In this document: piece by piece, positions 49,467-60,193 of the stretch
How positions within the stretch are numbered: the first letter of the stretch is position 1
How the letters are laid out: every line of letters begins with the position of its first letter
Notes under the pieces: generated by a model
Told to the model about the DNA's origin: nothing
Database searches by the model: none
What the model saw: only the letters and a program-made list of their open reading frames with translations
Made by a program: the position numbers and the translations under genes
Assembly (NCBI GenBank): GCA_963695225.1
Contig: OY968762.1
Location: 2,176,001-2,240,000 of the forward strand
Direction: 5' to 3'
From: Vulcanimicrobiota bacterium
GTDB lineage: Bacteria > Vulcanimicrobiota > Vulcanimicrobiia > Vulcanimicrobiales > Vulcanimicrobiaceae
Length of the DNA stretch: 64,000 nt

Positions 49467-50126
49467 TCAGGTCTTGCCCCCGCTCGGGTTGTAGCCGTAC
49501 CCTTTCCGGTCGTGCGCGTGCGGTTCGAGCCGCTTGCGATAATGCGGCCGTCGCGGCGCTTCGATCGTGGCGTCCAGGACGTGGTACGTGTTGTCGTGGA
49601 TGCGGACCGGGTCGAGCCGGAACGACGTGAGTTCGGCCTCGAGGAACATCTCGGAGACGCGGGCGAGGAGCCGGGCGAGCATGCCGCGATGCTGCGCCGA
49701 GGACCCGATCCCGTGCTTGGAGCCGAAATCGTCGAGCATCGATTCGGCCCCCGATTCGTCGAGCGGGCACATCCGCTCGACCTGGTGCGTGCCGACGTCG
49801 AGCACGAGGATCGGCCCGAGCTTGGGATCGCGGCGCCCTTCTATGACGACGTCGACCCCGCGCTCGACCGCGCTCTGGGCGAGGAGCTGAACGGGTTGGC
49901 TGGGCTCGGGAAGCAAGCGGTCGAACTCGTGCCGGATCGCCTCCGTGTCGGAAAGGTGCCGCTCGTGCAGGACGGCGTCAACGGGCGAGCCCTCGGGGCG
50001 CAGCGTGATCGGGCGCCGGGCGGCGAAGGCGATGGCCTCGTCGGCCGTGTCGACGGCGGCGGTCCTCGCGACGTGGATTTCGTAGTGGTGCAGCAGTTCG
50101 AAGTTCTCGATTGGCTTGAGTCTCAT
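49467..50126 (-). CDS. Stand-alone, degenerate ATP-grasp domain of the ADP-forming acyl-CoA synthetase beta-subunit type
   Basis: ELL.HY.I, LLAQSAVERGVDVVI.GRRDPKLGPIL, PLD...A..ML, LLARVSEM, LDP, VLDA. Confidence 0.6.
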   Translation of the reverse strand: MRLKPIENFELLHHYEIHVARTAAVDTADEAIAFAARRPITLRPEGSPVDAVLHERHLSDTEAIRHEFDRLLPEPSQPVQLLAQSAVERGVDVVIEGRRDPKLGPILVLDVGTHQVERMCPLDESGAESMLDDFGSKHGIGSSAQHRGMLARLLARVSEMFLEAELTSFRLDPVRIHDNTYHVLDATIEAPRRPHYRKRLEPHAHDRKGYGYNPSGGKT

Positions 50127-50602
50127 TCCGTGGCCGTTCTCTCCCGTTGGTATGCCGCCTCCGCTCCGTCGCGGAGCCGGTCGAGAAGCGCGCGGGCGCT
50201 CCCGCGGGCGATCGAATAGCCGATCGTTTCGTCGAAGAGCCTGCCGGGGGCCCCGCCGGGCGGTTCGTAATTCCCATCGAGCGCCAGGAGGCTATCGTCG
50301 CGGTCCGGCCCCTCGAGCGGCTCCGCCGTCAGGATGCCGCTGAACGCGGGGAAGGGGCCTCCGCCGTCAGGCTCCCAGCTTACGTGCAGGACCTGATTGA
50401 GCCCGGCCGGGTCGGGGCCAAGCTGGACGTGGACGACGACCGGGCGCTCGAGGTTGAATCCGAGCGTGTGGGTGGGGAGGGGGCCTAGAGTCAGGTGGAT
50501 CGTACCGTCTTCCCGGCGGCACGTCTCCAAGTAGGCCGCAACGTACCGCTCGAGGCGGTCGCAGGGGCAGCGCACGTGCTCGTGCGCGAGCAGTCGGGTC
50601 AT
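50123..50602 (-). CDS. Conserved hypothetical protein (possible START/SRPBCC-like fold)
   Basis: VSWEP..GGPFPAFSG.L, L.LDGNYEPP.G..G..FD...G..IA pattern; ATGA overlap with the downstream gene. Confidence 0.6.
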   Translation of the reverse strand: MTRLLAHEHVRCPCDRLERYVAAYLETCRREDGTIHLTLGPLPTHTLGFNLERPVVVHVQLGPDPAGLNQVLHVSWEPDGGGPFPAFSGILTAEPLEGPDRDDSLLALDGNYEPPGGAPGRLFDETIGYSIARGSARALLDRLRDGAEAAYQRERTATE

Positions 50603-50634
50603 GCCTTGAAAGTTACCCGCTTTCTCGCGCCCCC

Positions 50635-50664
50635 CTTGCACTCACCCGCTCCCTCTGCTAACGT
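50635..50664 (+). promoter_or_regulatory. groESL promoter overlapped by a degenerate CIRCE
   Basis: TTGCAC-N17-TAACGT with TG extension; CTTGCACTC-N9-CTCTGCTAA at 50635-50661. Confidence 0.6.
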
Positions 50665-50672
50665 TATTGCGC

Positions 50673-50699
50673 TTGGCACTCTATCGCCACGAGTGCCAA
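50673..50699 (+). promoter_or_regulatory. CIRCE element (HrcA operator)
   Basis: TTGGCACTC-TATCGCCAC-GAGTGCCAA, a perfect 9-bp inverted repeat with a 9-nt spacer. Confidence 0.92.
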
Positions 50700-50732
50700 C
50701 GATCCTATTCTATTGAGTTTCTGGAGGTTTGT

Positions 50733-51026
50733 GTGAATCTCAGGCCCTTGGGCGATCGTCTGGTCGTCGAGCACGTCGAGCAAGCTGAAAAGACCGCCGG
50801 CGGCGTCTTTTTGCCCGACACCGCCAAAGAAAAGCCCCAAGAGGGGAAAGTGCTGGCGGTAGGTTCCGGCCGCACGCTCGACAACGGCACGAAGTTGCCG
50901 ATGGACGTGAAGGTCGGCGACCGCATCATCTACTCGAAGTACTCGGGTAGCGAAGTCAAAGTCGAAGGTAAAGAAGTCCTCATCATCTCGGAAAAAGACG
51001 TCCTCGCCGTCTTCGCTGGAGCGTAA
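50733..51026 (+). CDS. groES: Co-chaperonin GroES
   Basis: [45 protein letters not shown]. Confidence 0.96.
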   Translation: MNLRPLGDRLVVEHVEQAEKTAGGVFLPDTAKEKPQEGKVLAVGSGRTLDNGTKLPMDVKVGDRIIYSKYSGSEVKVEGKEVLIISEKDVLAVFAGA

Positions 51027-52688
<1,662 letters not shown>

Positions 52689-52729
52689 TTCGCTCGCGCG
52701 AATTTCGTCGACGTAGAGAGACGCAAGGG

Positions 52730-52766
52730 ACGAGCCTCGCAGCGAATGCGAGGCTCGTTCTCATTT
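52730..52766 (+). terminator. Stem-loop terminator after groEL
   Basis: ACGAGCCTCGCA-GCGAA-TGCGAGGCTCGT followed by TCTCATTT. Confidence 0.6.
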
Positions 52767-52811
52767 CGTCCGGCGGGGCGGCGCGCTCGCGCAACGAAGA
52801 GCCCCAACGCG

Positions 52812-54182
52812 ATGCAGACGAACGCGGCGCGGACCCCTCTCGACCGGTACTTCGGAATCAGCGCTGCCGGGTCGAGCCTCCCGCGAGAACTGCGCGCGGG
52901 GTTGACGACGTTCCTGACGATGTCGTACGTCCTCTTCGTCAATCCGCTCGTCCTCGGCAACGCGATCGTGCTGCCGAACGGATTCGCGAAACTGCTCGTC
53001 GTGACGGCGCTCGCCGCGGCGATCGGCAGCCTGCTGATGGGGCTCGTCGCCCGCTATCCGTTCGCGCAGGCGCCGGGGATGGGGCTCAACGCGTACTTCG
53101 CCTACACGGTCGTGCTCGGGCAGAAGATCCCGTGGCAGACGGCGCTCGGCGCCGTCTTCATTTCAGGTGCGCTCTTCGTCGTGCTCTCGCTGCTCGGCGC
53201 GCGGCAAGCGGTCGTCCGCGCGATCCCGAATTCGTTGAAGTTCGCGGTGACGGCCGGCATCGGGATGTTCCTCGCGTTCATCGGGCTCAAGAATGCGGGC
53301 GCGATCGTCGCGAATCCCGCGACGTACGTGACGCTCGGATCGCTCGTTTCCCCGCCCGTCCTGCTCGCGCTTTTCGGGTTGATCGTCACGTCGGTGCTGC
53401 TCGTGCGTCGCGTCCCCGGCGCGATCGTCTACGGGATCGTCGCGAGCACGCTCCTCGGCATTGCGACGCGCGCGCCGGTCTACCCCGGCCCGAACGGCGC
53501 GCTCGTCCCGTTCGCGGGCTTCGAGCACGGCGTCGTCGCGTTCCCCGTCTACCCCGAAGGGCTCGTCGGCGCGATGGATCTGAAGGCCGCGCTTGGGCTC
53601 GGCGTCCTCGCCGTCGTCTTCACGTTCTTCTTCGTCGATTTCTTCGACGCGACGGGGACGCTCGTCGGGCTCGCGAGCAAGGCGGGGTTTCTCGATGCGC
53701 GCGGCGACATGCCGCGTGCGCGGCGGACGTTCGCGTGCGACGGCCTCGCGGCGATGTGCGGCGCGGCGCTCGGCACGAGCACGACGACAGCGTACATCGA
53801 GAGCGCGAGCGGGATCGAGGAAGGCGGCCGGACCGGCCTGACCGCCGTGACGGTCGCCGTACTGTTCCTCCTCGCGACGTTCTTGTGGCCGCTCGCGGGC
53901 GCGATCCCCGCCGCCGCGACGGCACCCGCGCTGATCGTGGTCGGGGCGCTGATGCTCGAAGGCGTTCGCGGCATCGATTGGGACGATTTCTCGGTTTCCA
54001 TCCCCGTGTTCTTGACGATGGTCGCGATGCCGTTGACGTTCTCCATCGCGAACGGAGTCAGTTTCGGCGTCATCAGCTACGCGGCGATCAAGCTGTTGAG
54101 CGGGCGCGGCAAGGAAGTCGATCCGCTGCTCTACCTCGTCGCCGCCCTGCTCGTCGCGCGGTACGTGTGGCTCGCGGGCTAG
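52812..54182 (+). CDS. NCS2/AzgA-family purine permease (PbuG-like)
   Basis: AGLTTFLTM.Y, APGMGLNAYF, FFDATGT, YIESASG..EGGRTGL, PLTFSIANG. Confidence 0.9.
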   Translation: MQTNAARTPLDRYFGISAAGSSLPRELRAGLTTFLTMSYVLFVNPLVLGNAIVLPNGFAKLLVVTALAAAIGSLLMGLVARYPFAQAPGMGLNAYFAYTVVLGQKIPWQTALGAVFISGALFVVLSLLGARQAVVRAIPNSLKFAVTAGIGMFLAFIGLKNAGAIVANPATYVTLGSLVSPPVLLALFGLIVTSVLLVRRVPGAIVYGIVASTLLGIATRAPVYPGPNGALVPFAGFEHGVVAFPVYPEGLVGAMDLKAALGLGVLAVVFTFFFVDFFDATGTLVGLASKAGFLDARGDMPRARRTFACDGLAAMCGAALGTSTTTAYIESASGIEEGGRTGLTAVTVAVLFLLATFLWPLAGAIPAAATAPALIVVGALMLEGVRGIDWDDFSVSIPVFLTMVAMPLTFSIANGVSFGVISYAAIKLLSGRGKEVDPLLYLVAALLVARYVWLAG

Positions 54183-54269
54183 AAGGCTGAGCTTCACTGC
54201 CCGTTCACGCCGCGGTGCTAGGATCGCGGGAAGGCGCGGGAGCGCCCGGCGAACGAAAGGGGCTCTTCG

Positions 54270-54950
54270 ATGGCCTCGGATCTCCCGATCTTCCGGCTGC
54301 GCGACCGGCGCCAAGGGGGCATCGAACTCGCGCAACGTTTGAGCGCGTACCGGCGCGCCGCCGGCGCGATGGTTTTGGCGCTGCCGCGCGGCGGCGTTCC
54401 GGTCGCTTATGAGGTCGCGCTCGCGCTCGAGCTCCCGCTCGACATCTTCACGGTGCGCAAGCTCGGCGTTCCCGGGCACGAGGAGCTTGCGATGGGCGCG
54501 ATCGCGAGCGGCGGCGTCTATCTGCTCAACGACGACGTGATCGACTCGCTGCGGATCCCGCGCTCGGTCGTGCTCGCCGCGATAGGGCGCGAGACGCACG
54601 AGCTCGACCGGCGCGAGCGGCTCTATCGCGCCGGCCTCCCCGAGCGCGACTTGCACGGGAAAACGGTCATCCTCGTCGATGACGGGGTTGCGACCGGTGC
54701 GAGCATCGCCGTCGCGATCGCCGCCGTACGGCGCAGCGAGCCGGCGCGCGTGGTCGCCGCGGTCCCCGTCGGCTCGGCGCCCATCTGCCGGAAACTGCGC
54801 GAGCAAGCCGACGAGGTGATCTGCGCGCACGTGCCCGAGCCGCTCTACAGCGTCGGGACCTGGTACGAGGATTTCGACCAAACGACCGACGACGACGTGC
54901 GAGCGCTCTTGAAGGCGGCAGCCGCGCGCACCTTGCCGGAGCCGGGTTAG
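54270..54950 (+). CDS. Phosphoribosyltransferase-family protein
   Basis: DRRQGG..LA, LPRGGVPVA, RKLGVP.HEE.AMGA, ILVDDGVATG, VG.WY.DF.Q. Confidence 0.85.
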   Translation: MASDLPIFRLRDRRQGGIELAQRLSAYRRAAGAMVLALPRGGVPVAYEVALALELPLDIFTVRKLGVPGHEELAMGAIASGGVYLLNDDVIDSLRIPRSVVLAAIGRETHELDRRERLYRAGLPERDLHGKTVILVDDGVATGASIAVAIAAVRRSEPARVVAAVPVGSAPICRKLREQADEVICAHVPEPLYSVGTWYEDFDQTTDDDVRALLKAAAARTLPEPG

Positions 54951-56809
54951 CTCCCTTCCCCGCTCTCCGGGCGGGCGATCGCGTCGAGAAAACGCTCGCC
55001 GAACTCGGCGAGCTTCTTGTCGCCGACGCCGGCGATCGCTCGCATTTGCGCGAGCGTGCGCGGGACGATCCGGCTCATCTCGCGCAGGACGGCGTCGCTG
55101 AAGATCACGTAGGCCGGGACGTCCCGGGCGTCGGCGAGCTCGCGGCGCACCCGCCGCAATCGCTCGAAGAGCCCGCTCTCGCCGTCGCCGGGCGGTTCCG
55201 CCGAGGCGCCGCGTCCTCGCTTGGCCGCTTTTCCGCCGCCTTTCCCGCGCGCCGGCAGCGGTTCTTCGCGGATCCGGATCGGCTCGCGCGCGAAGAGCGC
55301 GCGCCGCCCCGCCGGCGTCACGCGGACGACGCCGAAGTGCGCGGCATCCCGCTCGATCAGCCCGAGCCGCCCGAGTTCCTCGGCGAGGTGGCGCCAGCCG
55401 CGCCGGTCGAGATCGGTGCCGATCCCGAACGTCGTCAGGTGCTCGTGCCCCAGGCGCATCGTCTTGTCGTTCGCGGTTCCCAGCAGAACGTCGATCACGT
55501 GCGTGATCCCCACGTCGAACCCGCTCGCTTCGCGGATGCGGTAGATGCACGAGATCAGCTTTTGCGCCGGGACGGTCGCGTCGCGTTCGGCGCGCGGATC
55601 GAGGCAGAAATCGCAGCCGCCGCAGTTCGCCGGCTCGTACGTCTCGCCGAAATACGCGAGCAGTTCGCGCCGGCGGCAGCCGGTTGCGTAGACGTAGCGT
55701 TTCATCCGCTCGAGCTGTTCGCTCGCTCGCGCGCCCTCGCTCTGCGAGCTCGCTTCGGCGAGAAAATGCTCGAGCTTGACGAGATCGCCGTAGCTGAAGA
55801 ACAGCACGCACTCGGAAGGCAGGCCGTCCCGCCCGGCGCGGCCGGTTTCTTGATAGTATCCTTCGATGCTCTTTGGGACGTCGTAGTGCACGACGAACCG
55901 CACGTTGCTCTTGTCGATGCCCATGCCGAACGCGATCGTCGCGCAGATCACGCGAACGTCGTCGCGGACGAATTGCTCTTGGTGCCGCGCGCGGACGGCC
56001 GAATCGAGCCCCGCGTGGTAGGGGCGAGCGGAAACGCCGGCGCTCTGCAGGCGCTCGGCGAGCCGCTCGACCGACGCCCGGCTCTGCGCGTAGACGATGC
56101 CGCTCTCCCCCGGACGCGCGCGCAGGAACTCGATCAACGCTTCGGTCGCGCGTTCCTTCGGACGCACGCGGTACGTGAGGTTCGGACGGTTGAAGCTTGC
56201 GACGTACGTGCGCGGCTCGCGCAGGCGCAGATTGCGGATGATGTCGTCGCGGATCCCCGCCGTCGCCGTCGCCGTGAGCGCGATGAACGGAATCCCGGCG
56301 AACCGTTCGCGCAGCCCCGCGATGCGGCGGTATTCGGGGCGGAAATCGTGCCCCCACTCGCTGACGCAGTGCGCTTCGTCGACGGCGAAGCGGGCGACGT
56401 TCCAGCGTTCGAGGTCGGCGCTGAAGCCTTCGAGCATCAGCCGTTCCGGGGCGACGTAGAGCAGCTTGTACTCGCCGCGGCGCAGACCTTCGATGCGGCG
56501 CGCGGCTTCGGGCGGTGCGAGCGAGGAGTTCAGGAACGTCGCAGCGATCCCGGCGGTCTGCAGCGCGTCGACCTGGTCCTTCATCAGCGCGATCAGCGGC
56601 GAGATGACGACGGTCAGCCCCGGCGTCAGGAGGGCCGGGAGCTGGTAGCAGAGCGATTTCCCGCCGCCCGTCGGCAGGAGCGCGAAGACGTCGCGCCCGG
56701 CGAGTACGTCCGCGACGATCTCGGCCTGGAGCGGCCGGAACGTATCGAAGCCGAAGTAGTGCTTGAGGGCGTCGCGAGCCGCCGTGGGGATCATGGGCAT
56801 CGGTATCAT
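54947..56809 (-). CDS. recQ: ATP-dependent DNA helicase RecQ (with RQC and HRDC)
   Basis: PTGGGKSLCYQ, VDEAHC.S.WGHDFRPEY, AFGMGIDK, QETGRAGRDG, Cys Zn site, VPAYVIFSD; start uncertain (56794-56809). Confidence 0.95.
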   Translation of the reverse strand: MIPMPMIPTAARDALKHYFGFDTFRPLQAEIVADVLAGRDVFALLPTGGGKSLCYQLPALLTPGLTVVISPLIALMKDQVDALQTAGIAATFLNSSLAPPEAARRIEGLRRGEYKLLYVAPERLMLEGFSADLERWNVARFAVDEAHCVSEWGHDFRPEYRRIAGLRERFAGIPFIALTATATAGIRDDIIRNLRLREPRTYVASFNRPNLTYRVRPKERATEALIEFLRARPGESGIVYAQSRASVERLAERLQSAGVSARPYHAGLDSAVRARHQEQFVRDDVRVICATIAFGMGIDKSNVRFVVHYDVPKSIEGYYQETGRAGRDGLPSECVLFFSYGDLVKLEHFLAEASSQSEGARASEQLERMKRYVYATGCRRRELLAYFGETYEPANCGGCDFCLDPRAERDATVPAQKLISCIYRIREASGFDVGITHVIDVLLGTANDKTMRLGHEHLTTFGIGTDLDRRGWRHLAEELGRLGLIERDAAHFGVVRVTPAGRRALFAREPIRIREEPLPARGKGGGKAAKRGRGASAEPPGDGESGLFERLRRVRRELADARDVPAYVIFSDAVLREMSRIVPRTLAQMRAIAGVGDKKLAEFGERFLDAIARPESGEGS

Positions 56810-56930
56810 CGCCGTTCCATCGCGACGACGGTGTTCCCGGTCAACTCTCCCGCCGAATATCCGAGCGTGTAACTCGCGAGGCCGGCCGTGGTACAGCATC
56901 CTTGGAACGGCGGCTTGAATTTAAGGAGAA

Positions 56931-57254
56931 ATGATGATCGTCGTCACTACTGAGGATATCGTCGGGCATCGGATCGTCGAGACCAAAGGACAGGTCTTCG
57001 GCGTGATCGTCCGCAGCCGCGGGCTCGGCGGGAATATCGTCGCGTCGTTACGCACGATCTTCGGCGGAGAAATTCACGAGTACACGTCGATGGTCGAGGA
57101 CGCGCGGCGTCAGGCGATCGACCGGATGGTGCAGAACGCCGGGTTGATGGGCGGGAACGCCGTGGTGCGGATGATGTTCGATTCGAGCGAGATGGGCGAA
57201 TCGATGAGCGAGATCGTCGCGTACGGAACGGCCGTGTGGGTCGAACCGGCGTGA
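56931..57254 (+). CDS. YbjQ/UPF0145 family protein
   Basis: IVVTT..I.G, FGGEI.EY, R..A..RM, GGNAVV, AYGTAV; AAGGAG RBS. Confidence 0.88.
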   Translation: MMIVVTTEDIVGHRIVETKGQVFGVIVRSRGLGGNIVASLRTIFGGEIHEYTSMVEDARRQAIDRMVQNAGLMGGNAVVRMMFDSSEMGESMSEIVAYGTAVWVEPA

Positions 57255-57544
57255 GCGAGCAGATCGCGCGCGTCGTGCTCGTCACGGCGGCACTGACGTT
57301 CGTCGCCGTCGATCTCGCGCTGCTCGTGCTGCATCATATGATCCATCCGTGGGTGCCGTTCGGCGGCGCCGCGATTCTCATCGCGATCGCGTTGCTGGAG
57401 CGCGGCCGGTATCGCCCGCGCATCGATCCGCGCGGCTCCGAATGGAAACCGACGGGAGAGCGCTTCGTCGATCCCACCAGCGGCGAAATGACGGCCGTGT
57501 ACTACAACGCGCGCACGAACGAACGCGATTACCGGCCGCTCTAA
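57251..57544 (+). CDS. Small membrane protein
   Basis: Two TMs then ERGRYRP, WKPTGERFVDPTSG...VYYN..T.ERDY; coupled to the ybjQ-like gene. Confidence 0.65.
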   Translation: MSEQIARVVLVTAALTFVAVDLALLVLHHMIHPWVPFGGAAILIAIALLERGRYRPRIDPRGSEWKPTGERFVDPTSGEMTAVYYNARTNERDYRPL

Positions 57545-57591
57545 CTCGGCGCGTGCAGGATGCGCCCGGCGCCTGCGTAGATGATCGCGGG

Positions 57592-58200
57592 ATGGAGCGA
57601 ATCGTAGGCGTCGTCCTGGCGGGCGGACGCAGCCGGCGCATGAACGGCAGCGACAAGGCGGGGCTCGAAATAGGCGGCGAAACGCTGCTCGAGCGCGCCG
57701 TCGCTCGCGCGCGGCCGCAGACGGCCGCGCTGATCGTGAGCGCGAACGGCGATCCTGCGCGTTTCGCAGGCCTCGGCGCGCCGGTCGTCGCCGACGTGCC
57801 GCCCGGCTTCGCCGGCCCGCTCGCGGGAATCTCGAGCGCGCTGCGTTGGTCCCGCGCCCACGAGCCGGCGGCCTCGTACGTCGCGTCGTTTGCCGTCGAT
57901 TGCCCTTTCTTTCCGGCGGACCTCGTGGCGCGCTTGGCAGCGGCGCTCCGCGGCGGCGGTGCCGAGGTTGCGGCCGCCGCCTCGGGAGAGCGCGTCCATC
58001 CCGTCTTCGCGCTTTGGCCGCTCTCGGCCGAGAAAACGCTCGCGCGGGCGCTAGCGGAATCCCAAGTCCCGCGCGCCGGCGACGTCCTCCGGCGCTTCCG
58101 CCTCGCGGTCGTCGAGTTTCCTTGCGAGCCGTTCGATCCGTTCCTGAACGTCAACACTCCGGCCGATCTCGAGCGAGCGCGCGCGGTGCTTCGGCGTTAG
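57592..58200 (+). CDS. mobA: Molybdenum cofactor guanylyltransferase
   Basis: LAGGRSRRM.G.DK, GPLAG, DCPF, HPVFALW, F.NVNTP.DL. Confidence 0.9.
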   Translation: MERIVGVVLAGGRSRRMNGSDKAGLEIGGETLLERAVARARPQTAALIVSANGDPARFAGLGAPVVADVPPGFAGPLAGISSALRWSRAHEPAASYVASFAVDCPFFPADLVARLAAALRGGGAEVAAAASGERVHPVFALWPLSAEKTLARALAESQVPRAGDVLRRFRLAVVEFPCEPFDPFLNVNTPADLERARAVLRR

Positions 58201-58218
58201 GGCGAGCCGTCGGCCCGG

Positions 58219-58596
58219 CTAGTGAGCGAGGGCGAAGCTCCGCGCGGCTTCGATCATTTCAATCGTCTTCGCCGGGGGCACGCCTTCGCGCAGGAGACCT
58301 ACGGGGCTCTCCTCGCCGAGGTTGGGGTTGCATTCGGTGAACCACGCCTGGATCGCGCTCGGGCGGACCGAGCTCGAGAGGAACTCCGCGATCTGGTACG
58401 CGACGCGCAGGCGCTGCTCGGGGTCTCCCCCGGGGCCGATCCCCGAGCGCCAATACTCGAGCACGGCTTCGTCGCCGGCGCCGCCGATCTGAGCTACGAG
58501 GCGCCGGCCGAGGAGCTGCTGGAGCCGCTCCACGATCTCGTCCATACCGGTCGCGAGCGCCTTGTGATGGGCAAGGATTTCCGGATGAATCGCCAT
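58219..58596 (-). CDS. Xre/MbcA/ParS-like antitoxin-type protein (orphan)
   Basis: LLG..LVA.IGG...W..G, RLR.AY, AWF...NP.L...SP..LLREG, AAR.F; family recalled from memory. Confidence 0.6.
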   Translation of the reverse strand: MAIHPEILAHHKALATGMDEIVERLQQLLGRRLVAQIGGAGDEAVLEYWRSGIGPGGDPEQRLRVAYQIAEFLSSSVRPSAIQAWFTECNPNLGEESPVGLLREGVPPAKTIEMIEAARSFALAH

Positions 58597-58674
58597 GTCC
58601 CCATTATTGCCAAATGGGCGCCTTTTCTATCACGCCACTCGGTGCAGCCCGCGGAGAAAGCGTGTTACAACCGT

Positions 58675-59955
58675 CTATTCGACGGCGCCGTCCTCGTAGA
58701 GCGGAAAAACCGAGCAAACGTCGGGGGCGACCCGCGCGGAACGGAGCGTGCCCTCCACCCTGTCGACGCGTAAGGGGCTCGTTCGCACCCCGTCGGCAGC
58801 GACGGCGACGGCCTCGAGACCGCCGGCGGAGAGGGCTGCGGCGACGCGCTCCGCGCTCCCGGGCGCGACCCGGAGGAGGGTCGGGAGCGACGGCGCCAAG
58901 GGGAGGGCAACGGGGTGGTCCAGTTCGTCCGAGCGCTGATGTTCCCAGCGTGCGAGGCGTCCGCAGATGTCGGCGAGGTCGGCGAGGACCGCCGAAGCGG
59001 TCGCCCGGCTTCCAGCGCCCGTTCCCAGGAACGTGAGCGGCCCCGAGTGGGCCCCGGCGACTCGGAAGACGTTCCCCGGGCCCTGCGCCCGAGCGAAATC
59101 ATGGTCGGCGGCGACGTAGGCGGGGCTGACGAGCGCGGCGAGCCGGTCCCCGCTGCGGCGAGCGAGGGTAAGTGGGACCAACCCGTAGCCGAGGCGCGCG
59201 GCAAACGCGAAATCCCCTGCGCCGAGGGAGCGCAAGCTGCGGCGGTAGATCCGGTCTGCTTGCAGCGTCTGCCGGAAGCCGAGCAGCGCCAGGACCGCGA
59301 TCTTTTGGGCGGCGTCGTTCCCTTCGACGTCGTTCGTGGGGTCGGGCTCGGCATAGCCCGCCGTTTGCGCGGCCGAGAGCGCGTCGTCGAAGTCGTCGCC
59401 CGCGGCCATCCGCTTCATGATGTAATTCGAGGTGCCGTTCATGACCCCGGCGATCTCCTCGATCTCCTCGGCGACGAGCACGTCCGAGATCGCGCGCACC
59501 ACGGGGACGGCCCCGCCGACTGCCGCTTCGTACCGAAATGCGGAGTGCTGTTCCCGGGCGAGGCGCGCGAGCCGGCCCGCGGAGGCGGCGATCAGCGCCT
59601 TGTTCGCGGAGACGACGTGCTTGCCGTTGCGCAGAGCCCGTTCGACGAGATCGCGCGCGACGGTCGTGCCGCCGATCGCCTCGACGACGATGTCGACCTC
59701 GGGATCGTCGACGACGTCCGCCGGGTCCGCCGTCAGGTGCGTCCGGGCGGCCGGCGGGAAGTGCGGCTTCTCGAGGTTGCGTACGAGGACGCGGGCGAGG
59801 CGCACCGGGGAACCGTGAATCCTCCCGTCCTTCAACAGGCGGTCGACGACGCCGCCGCCGACGGTCCCGCAACCGAGCACGCCGATCACGATCGTGCGGC
59901 GATGGGACCCCGGCGCGGTCGAGGCAGATTCGATGAGTTCCGATGCGATGGCCAC
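58675..59955 (-). CDS. hom: Homoserine dehydrogenase
   Basis: GCGTVGGG, VVSANK, YEAAVGGAVP, NGTSNYI, AQ..GYAE.DP..DVEG.DAA.K, GAGSRATASAV. Confidence 0.92.
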   Translation of the reverse strand: MAIASELIESASTAPGSHRRTIVIGVLGCGTVGGGVVDRLLKDGRIHGSPVRLARVLVRNLEKPHFPPAARTHLTADPADVVDDPEVDIVVEAIGGTTVARDLVERALRNGKHVVSANKALIAASAGRLARLAREQHSAFRYEAAVGGAVPVVRAISDVLVAEEIEEIAGVMNGTSNYIMKRMAAGDDFDDALSAAQTAGYAEPDPTNDVEGNDAAQKIAVLALLGFRQTLQADRIYRRSLRSLGAGDFAFAARLGYGLVPLTLARRSGDRLAALVSPAYVAADHDFARAQGPGNVFRVAGAHSGPLTFLGTGAGSRATASAVLADLADICGRLARWEHQRSDELDHPVALPLAPSLPTLLRVAPGSAERVAAALSAGGLEAVAVAADGVRTSPLRVDRVEGTLRSARVAPDVCSVFPLYEDGAVE

Positions 59956-59971
59956 GATATCCCCACTAACG

Positions 59972-60000
59972 AAAAAACCTCTCATCCGTCGGATGAGAGG
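59972..60000 (-). terminator. Intrinsic terminator of the hom attenuator
   Basis: Minus strand CCTCTCATCC-GAC-GGATGAGAGG-TTTTTT, 16 nt before the hom start. Confidence 0.85.
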
Positions 60001-60026
60001 CTGCGATGTTCTTGCCGGCTTCGGCG

Positions 60027-60110
60027 TTAGGCGCGCAACACGATCTCACCCGACTTCCACGTGATGGAAGTGGCGCACATAATCGTGCTGGTGATACAAC
60101 GCGCGGACAT
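60027..60110 (-). CDS. Thr/Ile-rich leader peptide (thrL-like) of the hom attenuator
   Basis: MSARCITSTIMCATSITWKSGEIVLRA*; 4 Thr, 4 Ile, 1 internal Met; upstream TTGACG...TGGTACAAG promoter-like sequence. Confidence 0.75.
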   Translation of the reverse strand: MSARCITSTIMCATSITWKSGEIVLRA

Positions 60111-60193
60111 GATCAGTAACTTGTACCACGCCTTGGACGCCGCCGTCAACCGCGTACTTCCTCCGTGTGACGCCGTTCGCGCCCGTCGGGCGC

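Noticed and set aside
52689..52811. Purine riboswitch upstream of the NCS2 permease
   Set aside because: Only a terminator-like hairpin is seen; no purine-aptamer consensus.
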